64,000 nt of DNA from the human T2T-CHM13v2.0 reference genome, Homo sapiens: assembly GCF_009914755.1 (NCBI RefSeq), contig NC_060934.1. The stretch is one strand, 5' to 3'. Below the pieces are notes generated by a model. That model was not told where the DNA came from. It searched no databases and saw nothing but the letters and a program-made list of their open reading frames with translations. Position 1 is the first letter of the stretch, and each line of letters opens with the position of its first letter. The position numbers and the translations under genes were made by a program. Below are positions 50,209 through 64,000 of the stretch, piece after piece.

Positions 50209-51666
50209 AAGAGCTAGTGTTTGGTAGCACAACAGGGTGACTACAGTTAATAATAATTTATTATATAGTTCCAAATACCTTAAAAAAATGGAATAACTAA
50301 AAATATTCCCAACACAAAGAAATGATAAATGCTTGAGGTGATGGAAAGCTTAATTACCCTGATTTGATCATTATACATTGTATGCCACATGGACATTATA
50401 CATGTAATCACATGTACCCCATAAATATGTACAACTAGTATGTATCCACAATAATTAAAAATAAAAAATTAATGGCTGGGTGCATTGGCTCACGCCTGTA
50501 ATCTCAGCACTTTGGGAGGCCAAGGTGGGTGGATCACCTGAGGTCAGGAGTTTGAGACCAGTCTGGCCAACATGGTGAAACCCCATCTCTACTAAAAATA
50601 CAAAAATTAGCCAGACCTGGTGGTGCATGCCTATAGTCCTAGCTACTTGGGAGGCTGAGGCAGAAGAATCACTTGAACCCGGGAGGCAGAGCACTGCACT
50701 CCAGCCTGGGTGACTAAGCGAGTCTCTGTCTAAAATAAATAAATAAATAATAATAACAATAAATGAAAAAAAGTGAAAATGAAAGGTAAATCTAAAATAA
50801 AAGTCTACGATATTAATTCAGCTATTTTAAAAAAACCACAAACTTTGGGAATTCAACAACAGGTCTGGAGGGAGATGGAAGTTTGGTTTTAAACTGTTTA
50901 AAAATTATCCTGGTGTGCAGAATGGGAGCCTCTCCTGCAACATAAATTAAAATGTTGGACATTTAAGCTACTTGTAATTTTTTCCCCAACAGTAAAAAAT
51001 AGTTGAGTAAATTATGGGGGTACATCCATTTGCTGAAATATTGTGCAGCTTTTTTTTTTTTTTTTTTTTGAGATGGAGTCTCGCTCTGTCCCCAGGTGCA
51101 ATCTCAGCTCACGGCAACCTCCGCCTCCTGAGTTCAAGCGATTCTCCTGCCTCAGCCTCCCTAGTAGCTGGGACTACAGGCACGCACCATCATGCCCAGC
51201 TAATTTTTGTATTTTTAGTAGATACGGGGTTTCACCATGTTGACCAGGATGGTCTTGATCTTTTGACCTCGTGATCCGCCTGCCTCGGCCTCCCAAAGTG
51301 CTGGGATTACAGGCGTGAGCCACCGCGCCTGGCCATATTGTGCAGCTTTTAAAAATTATGTTTATAAAGACTTCATAATGCCATGGAAAATGTGATATCA
51401 TGATGAGTAAAATTACATAGAGGAGGATGCAAAATTTCTTTCGTTGTTTTTTTTTTCTTTTTTGAGGCAGAGTCTCACTCTGTCATCCAGGCTGGAGTGC
51501 AGTGGTGTGATCGCTTGAGCCCAGGAGGCGGAGGTTGCCAGCCTGGGTGACAGAGTGAGACTCCGTCTCAAAAAAATAAATAAATAAGAATAATAAATAA
51601 TAAATAAAAAATAAAAAGAACTACCTAAATACCAATCTTTGTAGTAGGAGTCTTAACAATAACTCA

Positions 51667-51783
<117 letters not shown>

Positions 51784-52337
51784 TTACTCACAAGTTGTCA
51801 TGAAAAAAATGTGTTCACCAGCAACTTTCAGGGAGGCAGCAAATAATCTACTACTCAGGAATCACGTGCCCCAAGTCCTAGGCCCTGTTTTATCATTAAT
51901 GGGCCTGTTTGAGCTCCAGTTTCTTCAAATGAGGGGACGCGGCTAGATGTAGTGATTCCTAATCTTTTCCACCATTAAGGGCCTATTTCCAGTTTGGAAA
52001 GTTTTCCACCATTTTCTTTTACTTAATTACTTATTAAGATATAATTGGCTGGGTGCGATGGCTCACGCCTATAATCCCAACACTTTGGGAGGATGAGATG
52101 GGCAGACTGCTTGAGCTCAGGAGTTCAGGACCAGCCTGGGCAACATGGTGAGACCCTGCCTCTATGAAAAAAAAAATTAAATTAAAGATATAGCTGATTA
52201 ACTAGTAATTCACAAAACAAAGTACAGAAAGTTTGCCAAGTAGAATAAAAAATGGCAAAATCCCACCATTACTATCATTTGTGTTTTCTAAATGCATATT
52301 TATAGTGATAGTCATACTTAGTATTTTACATTTTTTA

Positions 52338-52523
<186 letters not shown>

Positions 52524-53577
52524 CTATTTGAAAGGCTGAGGCAGGAGGATCACTTGAGCCTAGGAGATCGAGGCTGCAGTGAGCTATGATCCTACCACAA
52601 CACTGGCTTGCGTGACAAAGCAAGACCCTATACAACAACAATAACAACAACAGTAATAGCTGGGCACGGTGGCTCACGCCTGTAATCCCAGCACTTTGGG
52701 AGGCCAAGGCGGATGGATCACCTGAGGTCAGGAGTCCGAGACCAGCCTGGCCAACATGGTGAAACCCCATTTCTACTAAAAATACAAAAATCGGCTGGGT
52801 GTGGTAGTGTGGGCCTGTAATCCCAGTTACTCAGGAGGCTGAGGCTGAGGAGAATCGCTTGAACCTAGGAGGTAGAGGTTGTAGTGAGCCAAGATTGTGC
52901 CATTGCACTCCAGCCTAGGCGACAAGAGCAAAACTCCATCTCAAAAAAAAAAAAATACCATATATATACTATAATATCATTAGTACTTTTCGTATTGCTG
53001 TGCCATCTTTATCATCATCATATTCTTCGGGACTTTTCCACTTCTTGGATATTTCCTTTAAAAAGATTATTCAAAGTGAAGGTTCCAAGTTTGAACCTTT
53101 CTATACCTCTTGGAAGACACTACCAAATTACTTTCCAGTTAAGATTCTACCAGTTTGCAATGTTACCAGCAAGGTATAGGAGTGTTATTTTTACCATACT
53201 CTCGACAGCACAGAATATCATTCATATCCTTTTGTACATACATGAAAGACATTCTTCATTACTGTGTTCATATATATATATATATATCTTTACTACTTGT
53301 GAAGTTGAATATTTTAAGAGAAATTTACTAGGTATCTTTTAATAATTTTTAAAATCCACATCTTTGCTAATTTTCCTATCTGGTGTTTTCATGTTTGCAT
53401 TATCAAGTTTTTGCAAGTTGTTTTATCTGGTACAGATAATCACTTTCATCATTTAATACCAACAGTGTTAGTTTTTCTCTAATACTGGAAACAGTTCATA
53501 GATACCTCCTTCATTAGCACCTGAGTACCACTGAACTAGAAAGGTCTCCTTTAAGTCTAGCTTCCATAATTATGTCA

Positions 53578-53796
<219 letters not shown>

Positions 53797-54696
53797 CTAG
53801 ATGAGATAGGTAGAATTTTTGTTACTAAGTTCCTTTTTTCCCGTATCTTATTATAACACATTACTTTTTTTCCATTGAGCCACACTCTAGAACTAGATGA
53901 CTGGATACATGGGCATTTGGACAATTATAACACTTTTTGAATTTTATGAAAAATATAAACTTATTCCCAAGTTTCTCAATCATTATAGATTACTAAAAAC
54001 ATAAAAGGAAAGAAAATAATATACAATAAAGATTCCTGTTCTCTTCAAAGAGATTCCTTTTCCTGCTGATTACAAAACCAGAAATTTACATTTATTTTTT
54101 GTTTGATTATGAACAGGGTTACAAAAGGTTTCTTGTCCAACAGAAATTATACATATATTGAACATGATCTCAGACATAGTAAAGAGAGGAAATCACTTCA
54201 TTTTAAAAGTCCTTTGATTAAAAAAAATAATAGATGCACATGGCTAAATAATTCAAACAGGGAGCTTCCCTGATCAAGCTAGAGAACACCATTACCAACT
54301 TCTTGCACATCCTTTCAGAAGTAACCTACACACTGAAGTATTATGTGTGTGCCTCTCTGTATGCATAGCTTTCTACTCCACCCCTTTTGTTGCTCAATGG
54401 ACGCATACACACTACTCTACACCTTGCTTTTTACACTTAACCATATACCTTGGAGATCACTTACATGAGCACACACAAATTCATCCATCTTACTTCATGG
54501 CTAGAGCACAATTTATCTAACTATTCCCCTACTAATGGACATTTAAGTAGTTTCCAGTCTCCTGCTACTATGAACAATGCTGTCATGACTATGCTCCATA
54601 TATGTCCTTGTATATAGGTAAAATACATAAAGAATCATTTTCTAGAAGTGAAAATGCTGACTAAAAAGGTTTGTGCATTTTAAATGTTGATGAATA

Positions 54697-55152
54697 CAGA
54701 TGGTCCCCAACTTATGATGGTTTGACTTAACATTTTTTGACTTTATGATGGTGTGAAAGCAATATGCATTCAGTAGAAACCTTACTTACAATTTTTATCT
54801 TTTTGCAGGCTAGCAATATGCATACTGTCTCATGATGCTGGATACACAGTGGCAGCAAGCTGCAGTTGGCAATGTGATCACAAAGGCAATCAACCAATAC
54901 TGTACTCTATAGTATACTGTATTCAATAAATTACATGACATATTCAACAGTTTATTATAAAATAGCCTTTGTGTTAGATGATTTTGCCCAACTGTATGCT
55001 AATGTAAGTATTCTGAGCCCATTTAAGGTAGGCTAGGCTAAGCTATGATGTTTGGTTGGTTAGCTGTATTAAATATATTTTTGACTTATGATATTTTCAA
55101 TTTTTGACAGGTTTATCAGGAAGTTACCCCACTGTAAGTCAAGGAACATCTG
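54697..55152. mobile_element. Tigger5/MER47-family DNA transposon, nested in an old L1M
   Basis: Terminal inverted repeats cagatggtccccaactta ... taagtcaaggaacatctg; TA target on the left. Confidence 0.75.
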
Positions 55153-55303
55153 TTTTGCCAAAATGTTCTCCTAAGGGATACAATCAATTTATATTCCTAT
55201 CAACAATGTCTGAGAATGTTTTTCTGTATATATTCTCAACAACCCAGTATGTATTATCAAGCCGTTTGATACTTGCTAATAAATGATGAAAAACACTATT
55301 TTG

Positions 55304-56996
<1,693 letters not shown>

Positions 56997-57645
56997 GAAA
57001 AACACTATTTTGTAGCTTTAAAGTGCATTTCTTTTATTATGAGTTAAGATTCAATATTTTTCATATGTTTAAATTAAAGGTCACCTGTATTTCCTTTTCT
57101 GTGGACTATGTTCATAGTTCTGAACATTTTAAAATTAATTGGCTAGTATTATCATTTTCATATTGACTTAAAGGAACACTTTATGTATTAGAGAAGTCAG
57201 CTCTTTTTCATTTAGATTGCAAATATAACACTTTTTCCAGATTTGCTTTTGACTTTATTTATGGAGTTTTTCTTTCCCGTGCAGAAATGCTTAATTTTTG
57301 CATAATCAAATTCATCAGTCTTCCCTTTATAGCTTCTGGTTTCAAGTCATGCATAGAAAGGCCTTTCCTATTCAAATTATAAAAGGTTCTTGGTTTTTTT
57401 TCAAATTGTATAGTTTCAATTTTTATGTTCAAATATTTGATCCAATTGGAATTTATTTTGGTATAGGTATTAGGGAATCAACTTCAATTTTTCAGATGAC
57501 TTCAGACTTGTCCCATCATCACTTACTAAGTAATCCATTTTTTTCATTCTAATTTGAAATGCCACATTTTACTGCATTCTTACATAAACAGGGTGTATTT
57601 CTGGACTTTGTATATTGTGCCACTATTCTATTAAGAGTCCATTTA

Positions 57646-57939
<294 letters not shown>

Positions 57940-58011
57940 TCAACCTATTCATTGCCTACTTGTTTTTAGTAACAGCTTTATTGAGATACAACTCACATAC
58001 CATAAAATTTA

Positions 58012-58335
<324 letters not shown>

Positions 58336-58909
58336 TTAGTAATCGCTAGTAAAATTCTTATCATTAGTTACATTATACAGCAATTAAATGGCTGGAAGAT
58401 AAAGATAATTCATTTTTTCTATTTCTGAGACAGGGTCTTGCTCTGTTGCAGAGACTGGAGTGCAGTGAGCAATCATGGCTCACTGAAGCCTCAGGGATAG
58501 GGTTTCACCATGCTGGCCAGGCTGGTCTCAAACTCCTGACCTCAGGTGATCTGCCCACCTTGGCCTCCCAAACCTCCTGGGGTCAAGCAATCCTCCTACC
58601 TCAGCCTCCGAAGTAGCGGGGATTACAGGCGCCCACCACCACACCTAGCTAATTTTTTTATTTTTTGTAGCGATGGGGTTCACCATGTTGCCCAGTCTGG
58701 TCTCAAACACGTGGGTTCAAGTGATCCACCTGCCTTGGCCACCCAAAGTGCTGGGATTACAGGTGTGAGCCACCATGCCCGGCCAAGAATAATTCTTAAT
58801 TCTCTGGAAGAGATGAAATGTTTTATTGTTAAGAAGGAAATAATTAGGCTGGGTGCGGTGGCTCACACCTGTAATCCCAGCACTTTGGGAGGCTGAGGTG
58901 GGTGAATCA

Positions 58910-59182
<273 letters not shown>

Positions 59183-59264
59183 CTATAAAACATTGAGTAT
59201 AAAATGGGGAGGCAGGTCTCTTGAAAATTTCCTTCACTGGGTGCAAGAAAAGAAAAAACGTGTA

Positions 59265-59484
59265 TAGTTTGAGCATCCCAAATGTAAATATCTGAAATCT
59301 AAAATGTTCCAAAATCCAAAACTTTTTGAGTCCCAACGATATGCTCAAAGTTTTGAGATTTCAGAATTTTCAGATTTGGGATGCTCAAGTAGTAAGTTTA
59401 ATGCAAATATTCCAAAATCCAAATAAATCTGAAATCTGAAATACTTCTAGTCCCAAGCATTTCAGATAAGGAATATTCAATCTA
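59265..59484. mobile_element. Tigger4/MER46-like DNA transposon
   Basis: tttgagcatcccaaat...aaatctgaaatctgaaatacttctagtcccaagcatttcagataaggaatattcaa, with degenerate terminal inverted repeats. Confidence 0.75.
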
Positions 59485-59600
59485 TATTAACATGCTATGA
59501 AGAAACAGAATATTTCCTTTTTTTTCTAGAGAACAATTAAAATAATGTTTCATTCACTGAGCACTGAGAAATGTAAAAAGAAAAAAATAATAATGTTTCA

Positions 59601-59870
<270 letters not shown>

Positions 59871-60139
59871 TTACAGTATATAAATACCTATAATTCTTAT
59901 ACCATTCACATTCTTTTTGACATCTCTTTGTTCATCAAGAGCAGTACGTAGAGAGTGACAAGAGAGATGAAAAAAGATACTGTATATACACTTAAGAATA
60001 TACGAGAGAGGGAAAGAAAAAAGTAGGAAGAAATGGAAAATAAAGAAAAGGGATTATTGTAGCTCTATAAAAACAAAACAACTTTGGGAGGCTGAGGCGG
60101 GTGGATCACGAGGTCAGGAGATTGAGGCCATCCTGGCTA

Positions 60140-60739
<600 letters not shown>

Positions 60740-60956
60740 TGAGCCACCGCGCCCGGCCAAAAATATTTTTAATATTGTTAATACCTGAATGGTGCTTAAT
60801 ATTTAATAGGCACCCAAATTTGAATGGATGAACGAATATGTAATTAGGCTAAGACCTTTCTTTTCTGAATAAAAGCTAAAGTTTTATTCAGAAACTGAAT
60901 TCTGACATAGGTCAAAGAATCCCATATACAGACCCAGAACAACAGAAAAAACCTGA

Positions 60957-61124
<168 letters not shown>

Positions 61125-61666
61125 TGAGATTACAGGCACCTGCCACCACGCCCTGCTATTTTGTTTTTGTATTTTTAGTAGAGATGGGATTTCACTATGT
61201 TGGCCAGGCTGGTCTTGAACTCCTGACCTCATGATCCGCCCCCTGCTCAGCCTCCCAAAGTGCTGGGATTACAGGTGTGAGCCATCGCTCCAGGCCCATG
61301 AAGTTTCTATTTTTAAAGGTCTCAAATTTTTTACCCATGGATATAGCTAATACTTAGCCACAATATCTAAGGTAAATAAATGCAAAAATATTGGGACAAG
61401 ATTGTAACACTTCTGAATGGGAATTTAAAGATGTATCTGTTTCCTGATTTTAAAATCTGTAAGTTTAATTTACTAGTCTATTTCATAAAGAGGAATGAAG
61501 ACAAAATGAAAATTAGCATTAATCTAGGTGAAAGGTATTTTATAGTCAAAGAAAGACTGATCAACTCCAACAGAGCTTTAAGGAAAACAAACAAAAATCA
61601 AAGAAAGACTGAACTACACGAAACCAAAAGGTTCCTTAATTAGCAATGAAAGTGATATTTTTCTTA

Positions 61667-62077
<411 letters not shown>

Positions 62078-62409
62078 TCAAAAAGCATATATCTGCTAGT
62101 AACCAAAACAGTTTCATTCTAATACATTTTCCTCTTCATCTTAGTAAATATTTGAGTATGTACTATGTGCAGATGGCTATAAGAAAGCAAAATATTTAAG
62201 ATAACATTAAGCACTGAAGGAGACTGTAAGATTGTAAGGAGGAGTTGAAGGTAGATATGATAAGGAGAGAAGATAAGCAATTTACATAAAGAAATATTAG
62301 ACAAAAATATGAAAATATACGAAAGTACTATAGGGTTCCAAAAGAAAAAAAAGAAACACATAGCTGAGATTAGAAAAGCCTTCATGTAGGAGGTGTTATT
62401 TGGGCCTGA

Positions 62410-62679
<270 letters not shown>

Positions 62680-62819
62680 TGATCCGCTCACCTCAGCCTC
62701 CCAAAGTGCTAGGATTACAGGTGTGAGCCACCACGCCCGGCCCGTATCACTTTTTTAAATTTAATTTTTTAAAATAGGTTATACATTCACATGGTTACAT
62801 TTTTTAAAAAAATGTATTA

Positions 62820-63235
<416 letters not shown>

Positions 63236-63827
63236 CTAACTATAGAAATATATACTTGTATTTTCTCCCTTTTTTACACAAGACATGGCATATTTTATAT
63301 ACTGTTATATATCGTTCTAGCTCTATACTTCTATTTTTATTATTTTATTTTATTTTATTTTATTTTATTTTTGAGACAGAGTCTCACTCTGTCGCACAGG
63401 CTGGAATGTAGTGGTGCAATCACACTCACTGCAACCTCTACCTCCTGGGCTCAAGTGATTCTCCTGCCTCAGCCTCCCGAGTAGCTGGGACCACAGGCAT
63501 GGGCCACCACACATGGCTAATTTTTGTATTTTTAGTAGAGATGGGGTTTCACCATGTTGGCCAGGCTCGTCTCGAACTTCTGACCTCATGTGATGCTTCC
63601 GCTTCGACTTCCCAAAGCGTTGGGATTACAGATGTGAGCCACCGCCCCAGGCCTACAATGTATTGTGTTCTTGAAACTTGCTAAGGCAGTAGATTTTAAA
63701 TGTTCGCACCACACACAAAAAAATAAGTATGTGAAGTAATGTACGTTATGAGCTCAATTCAGCCATCCTACAATATATATGTATTTCAAGACAACATGTT
63801 ATACATAATAAATATATAAAATTTTTA

Positions 63828-63998
<171 letters not shown>

Positions 63999-64000
63999 CA

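Noticed and set aside
52990-53105. Candidate extra ECD exon in a unique-looking intronic stretch
   Set aside because: The acceptors I tested lead to in-frame stops within about 10 codons.

Overview
Primate (almost certainly human, chr10q22) genomic DNA, very Alu-rich. From left to right: (1) a CpG-island promoter and non-coding first exon of a minus-strand gene, identified as P4HA1 from gene order and promoter features (TATA, HRE); (2) a repeat-filled intergenic interval with a near-perfect 183-bp inverted duplication and an LTR12 solo LTR; (3) the complete plus-strand NUDT13 gene (non-coding exon 1 plus 8 coding exons that splice to a 352-aa NudC-type Nudix hydrolase), with an antisense SNORA11-family snoRNA retrocopy in intron 7; (4) the 3' eleven coding exons of ECD on the minus strand, plus an in-frame 99-nt Alu-derived cassette exon. 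I assembled the exons by hand from splice signals, and all phases are consistent. Most ORFs in the supplied track are Alu, L1 or antisense artefacts. I see no evidence for a wholly new gene system. The most notable observations are retrotransposition and rearrangement footprints (inverted duplication, L1 3' transduction with a hairpin, L1-mobilised MER41 fragment, Alu exonisation, snoRNA retrocopy) and testable regulatory hypotheses. Gene and repeat names are recognised from memory, not from database searches.
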